From Octopus sinensis (lineage: Eukaryota), in the NCBI RefSeq assembly GCF_006345805.1, contig NC_043005.1, positions 68,200,001 to 68,264,000 on the forward strand: a stretch of DNA of 64,000 bases, read 5' to 3'. This document shows, piece by piece, positions 13,481 through 27,073 of the stretch. How positions within the stretch are numbered: position 1 is the first letter of the stretch; every line of letters starts with the position of its first letter. The position numbers and the translations under genes are program-made. A model generated the notes under the pieces. The model ran no database searches and was not told the origin of the DNA. It saw only the letters and a list, made by a program, of their open reading frames with translations.

Positions 13481-13888
13481 TCTTTTACTCTTTTACTTGT
13501 TTCAGTCATTTGACTGCGGCCATGCTGGAGTACGGCCTTTAGTCGAGCAAATCTACCCCAGCACTTATTCTTTTTAAGCCTAGTACCTATTCTATCAGTG
13601 CCTTTCACCGAACCCATAGTTACAGGTACGTAAACACGGTTGTCAAGTGATGTTGCGGGAACAAGTACAAACACACAAACACACACACACATGCACACAC
13701 ACACATATATATATATACACATATTCGACGGGCTTCTTTCAGTTTCCATCTACCAAATCCACTCACAAGGCTTTGGTCAGCCTGTGGCTATAGTAGAAGA
13801 CACTTGCCCAAGGTGCCATGCAGTGGGACTGAACCCGGAACTTTGTGGTTGGTAAGCAAGCTACTTACCACACATCCACTCCTGCGCT
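13478..13888 (-). mobile_element. tRNA-derived SINE (family B)
   Basis: Minus-strand head gcgcaggagtgg...gtaagtagcttgcttacc...ccgggttcagtcccactgc, core ggcaccttgggcaagtgtcttctactatagc, internal (TA/TG)n, tail gactgaaacaagtaaaagag. Confidence 0.8.
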
Positions 13889-16567
13889 TATATATCTATA
13901 TATCATCATCATCATTTAACGTCCATTTTCGATGCTGGCATGAGTCGGATGGTTTGACTGGAGCTGGCTAGCTGAAGAGCTGCCTGGGCTTCATGTCTAT
14001 TTTGGCATGCTTTCAATGGCTCTTTTCCTTTCTTAATGATAATTAGTTACAGAGTACTTTTATTATATTTTACCTTTTACTTGTTTCAGTCATTAGACTG
14101 TGGCCATGCTGGGGCACCACCTTGAAGAACTTTTAATCGTATGAATCGACCCCTGTGCTTATCTTTTTGCTAAGCCTCGTAATTATTCTATTATCTCCTT
14201 TTGCTGGACTGTTAAGTTACGGGGGTATAAACACACCAACACCATACATCAAGTGGTACTGGATGACAAACACACACACAAAGAGACACACATACACACA
14301 CGCATATATCACAGGCTTCTTTCATTTTCTTTCTACCATATTCACTCACAAAGCTTTGGTCAGACTGAGGTTATAGTAGAAGACACGCGCCCATGGTGTC
14401 ATGTTGTGGGACTGAACCCAGAACCATGTGGTTGGGAACCAAGCCTCATAACAAACAGTCATACCTGCCCCTATATTAGTGGCACATAAAAAACATTCTA
14501 GCAAGGTCATTGCCAGTGCCACTGGACTGGCTCCTGTGCAGGTGACACATAAAAGCACCATTTAATCATGGCCATTGCCAGTACTGCCTGACTGGCCCTC
14601 GTGCCAGTGGTACGTAAAAGCACCCACTACACTCTTGGAGTGGTTGGCGTTAGGAAAGGATTAAACTGTAGAAACTCTGCCAGATCAAGATTGGAGTCTG
14701 GTGCAGCCATCTGCTTTGCCAGTCCTCAGTCATATTGTCCAACCTATGCTAGCATGGAAAGTGGATATTAAACGATGATGATGATGATGACATAAATTAA
14801 GTACCAGTTATGTACTGAAGTCGATCTAATCGATTGCCCCCCCCCACTCCACCAAATTTCGGGCCTTTTGCTTCGAGTATAAAAAAAAAAGGTCTTCAGC
14901 TTGTTGGATCCTGTTGAACCATCCAGCCTATGCTAGCATAGAAGATAGATATAAAATGACGATAATGATGGTGATGTTATGTTTGAGTGTGCATGTATAA
15001 CTGTATACGTATGTATGTATGTATGAATGTATGTATATATGTATGTATGTATGTAATTTTGAATATTGGCAGAAATAAATTATTAGTATTATTATGTTTG
15101 CCCATGTGTATACACACTCAAACCATATCTCACGCATACATGCACACATGCATGCATGCATGTAATATATATATATATATGTGCATATATGTGTGTGTGT
15201 GTGTACGTGCGCATATATATTTCTGTATGTGCACACAACATTTAACATATATTTAAATGAAGTTTACATATTGGTTTCCAATTTTTATTTCTAGATGCCC
15301 ATAAACGGTAGAAGCATTGCTTTCTAAGAATGGATTCCCATATGCTGACATCAAGGCTGGTTCCATTTATACAATATCCATAATGTTACTCACTTTGGTA
15401 AAATTGTTCTTTCTCACAGATGAGAATTCTGTGAAAGCCAACATTAAATCTATGACCACACTGAATTAAAAGTACATAAAAATGATATCATAGGACCGTC
15501 ACTGTTACACAAACCAACACAACAAATATTTAACCATTGCCACTGACATCAACCAAAACACAAAAAATAGCAAGGATTTTTGAAAACTTATTTGATACTT
15601 AGATTCTGGTAGAAAAGATTTTTGAGGGTATATGGGACATTTAATTACACAAAAGTAGTAACTGGTATAAAGACCAAATAGTTCAAACTGAATATTGTTA
15701 ATACCTGACAGAATTACTCAATTGGGTAGCAAAATAATTTGGCAATAATCAGATGGATAATGGGATGAATCAGTGATAATTAGGCCATAGGCAAATTTGT
15801 TGATACCAAACTGGGCAGCATGATATTTGGGTTCCAGCCAATGAGGTGACTAAACAGATAGGTACTACTCAAATGAATGATTTGACAAATTCCAGTTGTT
15901 TAGTCCCAAATCATCCATGATCATGCAGACTGATGATCAGTGACAATCCAGCCATAACCATCCCTGCATTTTCCTTGCCTAGTGTACTCTGAAGTACATT
16001 ATCCTATGTGTCCTTTGTTAAGATGGTAGTTTGTGATTTGAGGAACATTTGGCAGCTATTTCTAGCAAGTTGACCTACAGTGTAGGGTTTGATGACAACT
16101 AGGTAATATTCAGAAACGTGACATAGCTAGTGAACAACATTAAATTGGTTGATTTAGCAATTGCGCAGCTTCTGATTGTATGACATGAGAACTGGGTGAC
16201 GGTGTATGAGTTATGATTTGGTATTTGAATTGTTAATTATAAACTGAAAAAGAATTTTAACCTACCATTGGAACCTATATGTAGCCCCAAGGTCACTATG
16301 AATAGCTGAATATACTGTGTACTCATTGTTTATCATAATACTTTTGAACCAGCTCTGCTCAATGTTTACAGTTTAAGCTGTTTTATAGAGAGAAAGGTCA
16401 ACGAATTAACATGTAAAGTGAGAAGTTTAATTAGTTGAAATCTATCAACAAAATTGTTGAATATTAATTAATGAACTGTTGTAGAGTTATTGTGAAAGTG
16501 TTGCTGGAAAATCCCTGCTTTAGAAAAAAACGGTTGTAGCAGAGAATCTGAAACATTTAGTCTGAAA

Positions 16568-17675
16568 ATGAAGTGGAAAATAGCAACGATTTCAATTTGC
16601 TTCTTTATTTTCTTTAAAGATTTCAGGCCATCAGAGTCTTACATTACGGCCTACTTAATGGCTCCAGAGTGGAAGAATCTAACGGCAGAACAAGTAAACA
16701 ACGAAGTTTATCCAGTCTGGGTTTACACCAACTTGGTATGTTTACTTATAATACTGTTAGTGACTGACTTTCTGAGGTATAAGATTATCATAGTCATTGC
16801 GGCACTGTGTTATGTTGCAACCTGGTTTCTGCTTCTTTTTGGTGAAGGTGTACCACAAATGCAACTAATGCAAGGAACTTTTGGTTTTGCTACTGCAAGT
16901 CAAGTTGCACACACCTCTTATATATTTTCGAGTGTGGACCCAAAATATTTTCGACAGATATCTAGTTACATCCACAGCAGTTCTCTGGTCAGTAGATTTT
17001 GTGCTGCTTGTCTTGCTCAACTTTTGGTATCTTTAGTTAAAACGAATTATTTTGTTTTAAATATTATTTCGACGGCAAGTGTTTGTATAGCACTTGTCAT
17101 ATCCCTTGCACTTCCAAGGGTCTCGACTTCTTTTTATTTTACTCCAAACCCCAAATCCCCAAATCAAAATAACTATTTAAAGAATTCTAAGGGAAATGTA
17201 AATGAAGAAGAAATCCAAAAGCTAAACTGTGGCAATTCTAAAATAGATGAAGATATTACTTCAGAAGGAACTAAATCTGAGAAACCAAAAATACCTGAAA
17301 AAGAACCAGACTCAGTGCTATTTAAACCAGGAACTGAGAAGGAGTTTGATCAGCATTCACTTGGTTCTGCACCAGAAGATGTATCGAAGAGTGAGGCAGT
17401 AGAGATTGTAATCAACGACACACAACCAAAGAAATTAGCTGATACAAATACAATTAAAGACAGATTTAAGGCAGGTTTGAGACAGATGTGGAATGATTTT
17501 CAGAAAGCTTACAAAAACCAAAGAAATCTTATGTGGTCATTTTGGTGGGTGGTTGTCGTATGTGGCAAGACGCATATTGGAAATTATATCCAGAGTTTAT
17601 ATGAAGACATTGTACCAAATCCTATGAGTGATATGAGTTACAATGCTGCTATTGATGCAGCTGCTCTAGCAACAT
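16568..17675 (+). CDS. SLC19A: SLC19-family transporter (thiamine transporter/reduced folate carrier-like), coding exon 1
   Basis: ORF MKWKIATISICFFIFFKDFRPSESYITAYL...KNLT...NEVYPVW...TDFLRYK...LAQLLVS...WSFWW...NYIQ matches SLC19 family motifs (RPSE, KNLT, NE.FPVW, TD..RYK, WSLWW). GTGAGT donor at 17676, phase 1. The paralog (A1/A2/A3) cannot be assigned from sequence alone. Confidence 0.93.
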
Positions 17676-18565
17676 GTGAGTATATATACTGGGGGTAGGG
17701 GACTTTGTTTTAATTTTTGTTGCTGTGTTGTTGTCATTGTTATATAGTCATCATTGTTGTTGTTGTCAATGTCGTTGTCATCATTATCACCACCACCACC
17801 ACCACATCATTAATTTTGACAGGAGAAATGAATGTCGGATACTTTTTAAACACACCTTGTATTACTTGCTGTTGTATATCATCTTTGAAAAACACCTTCT
17901 TCTTTCAGACAATGTGTATCATTAACACACTAGCACTCTTGATTCATTGTCATAAGGCAATGATTGAAGAGACACCACCAGGTCAAAATACCTATGTCTC
18001 AAAGTGAGAATACCTATGTCATCAGTAAATCATTTAAGGGGACAAGCTTTCATAGTAGCATTTCATTTCAGCTGTCTTTACATTCATCATCATCGTTTAA
18101 TGTCTGCTTTCCATGCTAGCATGGGTTGGATGATTTGACTGAGGGCTGGCGAGCCAGATGGCTGCACCAAGCTCCAATCTGATCTGGCAGAGTTTCTACA
18201 GCTGGATGCCCTTCCTAACGCCAACCATCCAAGAATGTAGTGGGTGCTTTTACATGCCACTGGCACGGGGCCAGTCAGGTGGTACTGGCAATGACCTCAC
18301 TCGAATCTTTTACACATGCCACCGGCACAGGTGCTAGTAAGGCGATGCTGGTAACGATTCTGAGTTCAAATTTTGCCGACGTTGACTTTGCTTTTCATCC
18401 TTTAACCACTGGGGATGATGGAATCGACAAGCCCTCCCACTCAAAATTAGTAGAAAGGATATTAAATCAACTGTATTGTCACCACACATTGTCTGAAAGG
18501 AAGAAGGTGTTCTTTGTAGGCAACAATGATTAATGATTAATGTATTCACAATTAAATGTGTTGGT

Positions 18566-19134
18566 AATGCATTGTCCGGAAAGTTCATGCCGATCTTTAA
18601 AGGAAAGGAAAAGGTCAACAAATACTTGCCGTTACATTTTTAATCAACCGAATATGAACAATTTTGTTGCACAAAGCATCTCCTTCTTTCTATTTACTTG
18701 AAAATACCCTCTTCCCAGAATTGAGGTGGTTTCATGGCAAAGAATTCATCAAGGTATCTTTTTACACCATGCAAAAAAATGAAATTTTTTCCATTAAGAC
18801 TATTCTACAGAGACTCAAATAAGTGGAAATCCGAAAGATCAATATCTGGTGAATATGGAGTGTGTGGTAACACATCCCAGCCGAGCTGCAGCAATTTTTG
18901 TGTGGTTCCCAAAGCATCAAGTGCCAAAAATGAACTTTCTTATCTTCCATTTTAAAGGGTTACAGAATTAACACAGGTTACAGGAACATAAACCTTCTTC
19001 CACGAAAAGATAGCTTAAACTGTACTCTAAATAGAAGTGTAGTCAAATCCTATTTTATGGACTCAACCATGTTCTAAAATAAGTTGAAATGTAAGCTACT
19101 ACAAATCAGCACGAACTTTTCGGACAACCCAATA
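18566..19134 (-). mobile_element. Internally deleted mariner element
   Basis: Inverted ends ttgtccggaaagttcatg (~18572) and cacgaactttt cggacaacccaata (~19109-19133). The minus translation LLQLGWDVLPHTPYSPDI..SDFHLF.SL.N.L.GK...YLDEFF..KP..FWEEGIF matches the mariner C-terminus. Confidence 0.8.
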
Positions 19135-20739
19135 TTAAGAATGAAAAAGTATGTCATCATGGTTAGATATGCGTGTATGTACATATGTATATGTGTGTGT
19201 GTGTATGTTTATGTTTAGTACAAAAGAAAAAATAGTAACATTACTCATGGGATTCAATTGTGTCTGCTGTAAACCATGTAAATGTGCTAACCTTACATCA
19301 AAGCGTCATCACAAAATTTTACATAGGCATATGATCAGAAATGCTTGGGTGGAGAACAGTTAATTATGACACCACTAGTTTTTAACTGTCTTTTATATTT
19401 CATTAACTGTGGAAGCAGGATGGAAGGTAAGGATGTCATCAGTGGAATTTAAACTCATAATATAAAGGACCACAGCTAAATACTGCAAGGCAGTTTGACA
19501 AATAAAGAACTATAATGATTATTTCCAGTTGGCAAAAGGTCAATATTTGTAAAGAAGAGCTATGATTGATTGACTTGACCCCATTTTTTTTATTATTGGT
19601 AGACCTTCTTATCAATGTCAGAGTGGATGAAAAACAAAATTAACCCAAATTAGGTTTAATACCAATATGCTTAGATGACAAGGTATTTAGTTTGGCTGGC
19701 TCTGCCAACTTGTTTTTCTCGTTATCTCAATAGTTATCAAATTAGACTACAATTAGACTCAATAGTTATCAAATTAGACTACAAACATATAAGACTACAA
19801 ACATAAAGATGTCTCTCCTACAATATAGAAATAGACCCCAGTACCCACCTAGCATTTATTTCTTTTAACCATGCTGGGTAGAACGTTAAAGTCAACCCTA
19901 CATTTTCTGTCATTCTATCAATTTGTTAATAATCATAAGAGAAACATAAATGGTAATAGTAGTAGCAGTAGCAGTGGTGATAGTAGTAGTAGTAGTAGTA
20001 GTCGTAGAAGAAACTGAAGTAGCAGAAGCACTAGTAGTATTAACCCTTTTGTTACTGTATTTATTTTGAGATGCTCTGTGTTTCTTTCAATTACTTTAAC
20101 TATAATTGAGAATTTAGTAAAATAACTTAGTTATCATTCATCTAGTGTTAGGAACATGAATTGTGACTGAGGTTTGGTGGAAGATTTTAATTCAAAACTT
20201 ATGTAAACAAGACATTTGTACTACAGAGCCAGAGCTGGTTTCAGCCAGGTTGGTATCAAAAGGGTTAATGATAATGATAATAATGATTCCTACTATAGAT
20301 ACAAGACCTGGAATTTGGGGCAGGGAATTAATAGTATTAATAGTATTCAACTGGTACTTATTTTATCAGCCCTGAGAGGTTGAAAGGCATAGTTGGCCTC
20401 AGTAGAATTTTAGCACAAAACAAAGCTGGAAGATAGGCCACTAAGCTTTTTGTCCAGCATACTAATAACTCTGCCAGCTTGCTGCCTTGATAATTATTAA
20501 GATAATCCACTCTACAATAGGCACAAGGCCTGAAATTTTTGGGGAGGGTGCTATTAGATTACATTGACTCCAGTGGTCAACTCAAAGGATAAAAGGCAAA
20601 GTCTGTCTCTCAAATTCACTCACAAAGCTTTGGTCCATGGTGTCAGAAGACACTTTCCCAGGGGCTGTGCAATGGGACTGATCCTGAAACCATGTAATTG
20701 TAAAGCAAGTCTTTAACCACACAGCCATGCCTGTGCCTA

Positions 20740-20782
<43 letters not shown>

Positions 20783-20787
<5 letters not shown>

Positions 20788-21030
20788 CTTGATCACCTTG
20801 ACCGACCAGTCCGTCGGGCGTCCATTTGACACCGCTTGTCACAACACGCTGTCCACTCCTCTCCAGATCGTACCTTTCTCATCCACGTGATCCCAATCGT
20901 CCTCCTGAAATCGTAACTCCACCGTCATGGAGGCCTTCCTGATGGCCGTTTCCGCTCGCGCGGCTACCACTCGACAACTGTGCAGGTCCACCGATTATCA
21001 GTGAGCCGGGCGACGTGTCCAGCCCATCTA
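20783..21030 (-). mobile_element. RTE-clade LINE 3' end
   Basis: Minus translation RWAGHVARLTDNRWT..VVEW*PRERKRPSGRPP*RW, followed by a short tandem tail (ggtcaaggtgatcaaggtga). Confidence 0.75.
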
Positions 21031-21123
21031 TATATTTATATATTTCTTATATAAACTACTTTTTCTTCTCATACCTCATTCATTCTTATATTATCATTTT
21101 TCTTTCTTATGTTTTGTAATCAG

Positions 21124-21316
21124 GTGCTGCATCTTCCTTTGGTGTTGGATTTTTGAAAATTGAATGGAACAGTTATGAAAATGTGCTTCTTTTCAGTGTT
21201 AATGTCATAATATCAAGTCTGATGATTGTGATGGCTCTTGCTACCAAAATATGGCTAGCTTATATGTGTTATATAATCATACGTATTAGCTACCATACAG
21301 TACTCACCATAGCAAC
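21124..21316 (+). CDS. SLC19A: SLC19-family transporter, coding exon 2 (193 bp)
   Basis: Acceptor ttttgtaatcag, donor gtaagt at 21317. In frame with exon 1, it reads (C)AASSFGVGFLKIEWNSYENVLLFSVNVIISSLMIVMALATKIWLAYMCYIIIRISYHTVLTIA(T), matching the SLC19 TM8-TM10 region. Missed by the ORF track. Confidence 0.92.
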
Positions 21317-21709
21317 GTAAGTGTGTTCATTAAATCTTTGATATATTATTACCTGCTTTTAACCAATGGCTACATTTCAGCCATGCTTTTTATCAGCTTG
21401 TACTCTGCATAGTATCTATTATTGCATATTTTTTGCTGTATCTAAAGCACAGTACTGTGTATTATAAAAATATGTTAGTCAATGTAGTCTTTACTAATTT
21501 TGATCATTTGACTGAAAGCAATGACGTTGCAACCATTTTTCTAGTACTCTAGTTGATCATATCAATACTATCACTTATTTCTGTTTTATTAATCTCCATT
21601 TATCAAACCAATAGAAATATAGGCGTAGGAGTGACTATAGCCTTGGGCCGACCAAAGCCTTGTGAGTGGATTTTGTAGACGGAAACTGAAAGAAGCCCAT
21701 CGTATATAT

Positions 21710-21751
<42 letters not shown>

Positions 21752-22478
21752 GTTTGTGTGTCTGTGTTTGTGCCCCCAACATCACTTGACAACCGATGCT
21801 GGTGTATTTACATCCCTGTAACTTACCACTTTGGCAAAAGAGACTAATAGAATAAGTACTAGGCTTACAAAGAATAAGTTCTGGGGCCGATTTGCTCGAC
21901 TAAAGGTGGTGCTCCAGAATGGCTTCAGTCAAATGAATGAAACGAGTAAAAGAGTATAAAGATGTACATGAACAGAAATATGTATATATATATATATATA
22001 TATATGTACATAATCACACTCACACACACACACACACACACACACACAGATGCAAGAGTGGCTGTATGGTAAAAAGGTTGCTTCCCAACTACATGGTTTT
22101 GGGTTCAGTCCCACTTCATGGCACCTTGGGCAAATGTCTTCTACTATAGCCTTGGGCCAACCAAAGCCTTGTGAGTGGATTTGCTAACTGGAAGCTGAAA
22201 GAAGCCCATCGTATATATATATATAAATTTATAAATAAGGATAATATCGATCTTATCAAGTGGCCAGCATGGGAATAAATACCATACAAAGGTAATAATT
22301 ATTTAAAACTATAAATTAGGGTATCTGAGAGATACCACTATGCTGAAATAGCAGTCAAAATCCTGAGGAATGGAACATTTAAGGTGGTTTTAGGGTCAGG
22401 GTTTTGACTGCTATTTCAGCATGGTGGTATCTCTCAGATACCCTAATTTATAGTTATATATATATATATATATATATA

Positions 22479-23090
22479 CAGGGTGCAGTGAATATATTGT
22501 CGTCTAAATTATGCAAAAATTAAAATAACACTGTCATCTCATTTTGACAGATATATTTATGAAAATTACAAAAAAATATCTTGAAATACTAAAGAGTAAA
22601 TTTATTCAGTAATGCCATTGGCTTCAACAACAACCTCCAGATAACATCGAAATCTCCTGCAACTCTTCTGGATGGTCTCCTTGTTTAAGTTAGCGAATGC
22701 TGCATTAATCCTTGTCTTCAGTTCATCTATGATGTACAAGGAGTTTTTGTTTTGTTGGTCTCTTGCTTAATTGTGTCTCACACATAATAATCAAAGGGGT
22801 TGCAGTGTGGGAAGTTAGGTGGCCCCAGATGTTAGGGGTGATGTGGTCACAGAAATTGTCTGACAGCAATGACTGGGTTTTCCTGCTTGTGTGGCATGGG
22901 GCAGAGTCCTGTTGCCAGACTTCGAGTGTTCCAGCAGCCACCCTCTTGACCCACTGCAGCACTACATCCTTCAGGCACTTGATGTAGGCCTCCATGTTGA
23001 GTCTGAGGTCATGTGGGAAGATGAATGGAAGCATGACGTTGCCTTCACTAGTGATCACTCCAAACACCATGATGCTTGATTCTTATCTCT
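22479..23090 (-). mobile_element. Tc1/mariner 3' remnant (duplicated at 23603-24210)
   Basis: MVFGVITSEG.VM.PFIF..LRLN.EAYIKCL..VVL.WV.RVAAG...VWQQDSAPCHTSRKTQ..LS.NFCDHITPNIW carries the WQQDSAPCH motif. A TA-cagggtg terminus is present. Confidence 0.85.
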
Positions 23091-24685
23091 CTCAATACAT
23101 GTTTTGAGGACACAGCAAGTCTCAGATTGACAGCCAGACACTCTGAAATGTTCATGTTGGAGCTTCTGGTGCAAATGCTAAGCAGTACAGTATGTTGTTT
23201 CTAATTTCTGGCAGTGAATTGTGTCATGGTGCTGTTTTACTCACTGTGCTCAACTGACCCTACTATACTGTGTGGTCAACAAAATCAAAAAGAAACAATG
23301 TGCATGCATAAAATCAAGCAAAAAAGAATGGTGTCTATTTACCAAATACATCCTATATATATACATATGTATTTGTGTGTCTGTCCCTCCACCATTGCTT
23401 GACAACTAATGTTGGTGGTTTTATGCCCCATAACTTAGCGGTTCAGAAAAAGAGACTGATACAATAACTACTAGGCTTACAAAGAATAAGTCCAGGGGCT
23501 TTTTGGTTGACTAAAGGTGGTGCTCCAGCATGGCCACAGTCAAATGAAGGAAACAAATAAAAGAATATATATATATATATATATAATATATATATATATA
23601 TACAGGGTGCAGTGAATATATTGTCGTCTAAATTATGCAAAAATTAAAATAACACTGTCATCTCATTTTGACAGATATATTATGAAAATTACAAAAAAAT
23701 ATCTTGAAATACTAAAGAGTAAATTTATTCAGTAATGCCATTGGCTTCAACAACAACCTCCAGATAAAATCGAAATCTCCTGCAACTCTTCTGGATGGTC
23801 TCCTTGTTTAAGTTAGCGAATGCTGCATTAATCCTTGTCTTCAGTTCATCTATGATGTACAAGGAGTTTTTGTTTTGTTGGTCTCTTGCTTAATTGTGTC
23901 TCACACATAATAATCAAAGGGGTTGCAGTGTGGGAAGTTAGGTGGCCCCAGATGTTAGGGGTGATGTGGTCACAGAAATTGTCTGACAGCAATGACTGGG
24001 TTTTCCTGCTTGTGTGGCATGGGGCAGAGTCCTGTTGCCAGACTTCGAGTGTTCTAGCAGCCACCCTCTTGACTCACTGCAGCACTACATCCTTCAGGCA
24101 CTTGATGTAGGCCTCCATGTTGAGTCTGAGGTCATGTGGGAAGATGAATGGAAGCATAACATTGTCTTCACTAGTGATCACTCCAAACACCATGATGCTT
24201 GATTCTTATCTCTCTCAATACATGTTTTGAGGACACAGCAAGTCTCAGATGACAGCCAGACACTCTGAAATGTTCATGTTGGAGCTTCTGGTGCAAATGC
24301 TAAGCAGTACAGTATGTTGTTTCTAATTTCTGGCAGTGAATTGTGTCATGGTGCTGTTTTACTCACTGTGCTCAACTGACCCTACTATACTGTGTGGTCA
24401 ACAAAATCAAAAAGAAACAATGTGCATGCATAAAATCAAGCAAAAAAGAATGTGTCTATTTACCAAATACATCCTATATATATACATATGTATTTGTGTG
24501 TCTGTCCCTCCACCATTGCTTGACAACTAATGTTGGTGGTTTTATGCCCCATAACTTAGCGGTTCAGAAAAAGAGACTGATACAATAACTACTAGGCTTA
24601 CAAAGAATAAGTCCAGGGGCTTTTTGGTTGACTAAGGTGGTGCTCCAGCATGGCCACAGTCAAATGAAGGAAACAAATAAAAGAA
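22479..24685. repeat. Direct tandem duplication, ~1.12-kb unit
   Basis: 22479-23565 and 23603-24685 are near-identical, offset by 1124 at the start and 1120 at the end, and bounded by (TA)n tracts. Confidence 0.92.
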
Positions 24686-24943
24686 TATATATATATATAT
24701 TATATATATATATAGTATAATATAAATAATATATAAATATATGCATATATACAATGGTTGGACAAAAAGTTGTATCAAATTGTTGATATAGCATGGACAT
24801 ACAGGTTCCCAAACAGCATCAGTGAAAATCCAAAAGAAAAAAAACTTTTGATTCAACCTGGTATCTGGCATTCATTAATACTGTAAAACAATATTTACTT
24901 CACCATAAAGTTCAGCATACATTTTTACACTGCATGTGTCATG

Positions 24944-24990
<47 letters not shown>

Positions 24991-25721
24991 GCTACTGATA
25001 CTGCTGCTGCTGCTGTGATGGTCATGGATAGTCATTTGACCTGCAAATAGCAGCTAGATTTACTCAACTCGTAACTTAATGACTTGAAATAGGAAGGATA
25101 CATTATATACTATAATCCTAAAAATACAACAATTGAAGGATGGCCATAATTGGAACATTTTTTATCATAAGCCTGCTGAGTCATAGCTCACTTGGTCTTA
25201 TACAAGAAAAACATGCGGTTTTGCATTCATATGTGCATTATTCACTCTGTAATGACACATGACAGTGAACTAAAGGGAGAAATCCTTCTATGCTTATGAC
25301 ACTAGGTTTAATGTATTCTGGGACTTCACTTAAAACACATCTAAATATGATTGTACATTAGAATGCATACTGAGGTGGAAAGTATAGGAAATTGAGCTTG
25401 TCAAAATAGTAACCATTCATTGAATATCATTAATTAAATTCACATTTTTATGATAAATTGGAAATTTTTACTTTTTATACTTAATTAATGTTTGTAGTTT
25501 TACATTATAATTTTAGTCTGTGTAGATATTGTCTATTTTCCCTACACTGCTAGTATGTCCTTGACCTAGAATCAAAAGACAACCTAATACTATTGCTAGT
25601 GTCTGTTGAAAGCATACATCTTCAAGTAGCATGATTATATTACAATAGTAATCTTAGGATACATTTACCCTTGTTTATTATGTGGGTTTGGTTCCTAAAA
25701 TACAAAGTGGTATATACAAAG

Positions 25722-26138
25722 GCTGCAAGCTGGCAGAAACGTAAACACGCTGGGCAAAATGCTTAGTAGTATTTCGTCTACCGTTACGTTCTCAGTTCAA
25801 ATTTCGCCAAAGTCAACTTTGCCTTTCATCCTTTCGGGGTCAATAAGTACCAGTTACGCATTGGGGGTCGATATAATCGACTTAATCCGTTTGTCTGTCC
25901 TTGTTTGTCCACTCTGTGTTTAGCCCCTTGTGGGTAGTAAAGAATTAGAAATAGGTATTTCGTTTGCCGTTACGTTCTGAGTTAAAATTCCGCTGAGGTC
26001 GACTTTGCTTTCATCATTTTGGGGTCGAAAAATTAAGGACCAGCTATGTACTGGGGTCGATATAATCGACTTAATCCGTTTGTCTGTCCTTGTTTGTCCT
26101 CTCTGTTTAGCCCCTTGTGGGTAGTAAAGAAATAGGTA
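25722..26138 (+). mobile_element. SINE family A copy with two body units
   Basis: Head followed by a tandemly duplicated body. Confidence 0.75.
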
Positions 26139-26199
26139 TATGTTTGCTTACTGCTGTTGCTTCATGCACTTGCTTGATGGGACTGGGGTCATCCCAGGT

Positions 26200-26520
26200 T
26201 AGTGGTCCCAGAGATATCATCAAGTAATAAGGCTGACCAGGTTTACCAGTGCTCTCTGTCACTTGTGGCCCCATGCCAGCCCCTCTGCATCCTCTAAGGT
26301 GACATTGATCCTCTGGAAATCTTCCCCAATCCCATCCAGCCATCTGACGTGGATTCTGCCTTGAGGCCTCTTCCTGCTTGCAACGGCTGTGTCAAATGGA
26401 AGCAAAGCCCTAATGTGATGATCTAGCAGGAGACGGAAGAGGACATATCCATACCAACACATGCAATGAATAGCTATGAGGTGGGAGGCTGTGGGCTGCA
26501 TCAGTGATAAATGAACTATT
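26200..26520 (-). mobile_element. LINE (RTE-like) ORF2 C-terminal remnant
   Basis: ...RKRPQGRIHVRWLDGIGED...VTLEDAEGLA resembles RP.GRP..RW.D.I..D. Confidence 0.6.
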
Positions 26521-27041
26521 TCCATAGATCATGTAAATAAAATGAATTGAAGATGCATTCATACCAAACCAGCTGCTCACAGCAGCAAAGCTTCTACCAT
26601 CACATTTTACTATCACATGTTAACAGATGAGTATATTCTGCAGAGAATAAGCACAGGTGCCTTCATATTTTTTACTCTCTTACACTTTTACTTGTTTCAG
26701 TCATTTGACTGTGGCCATGCTGGAGCAAATCGATCCCAGGACTTATTCTTTGTAGGACTAGTACTTATTCTATTGGTCTCTTTTGCCGAACTGCTAAGTT
26801 ATGGGGATGTAAACACACCAGCATTGGTTGTCAAGCGATTTTGGGGGGACAAACACAGACACACAAACGTATACACACACACACACACACATTTATACGA
26901 CGGGCTTCTTTCAGTTCCCGCCTACCACAGTAGAAGACACTTGCCCAAGGTGCCACGCAGTGGGACTGAACCCAGAACCATGTGGTTAGTAAGCAAGGTA
27001 CTTACCACACAGCCACTCCTACACCTATATATGTATATATA

Positions 27042-27073
<32 letters not shown>

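Noticed and set aside
17676-17698. ORF-track extension CEYIYWG* of the SLC19 exon
   Set aside because: Intronic read-through past the GTGAGT donor. Homology continues at 21124.
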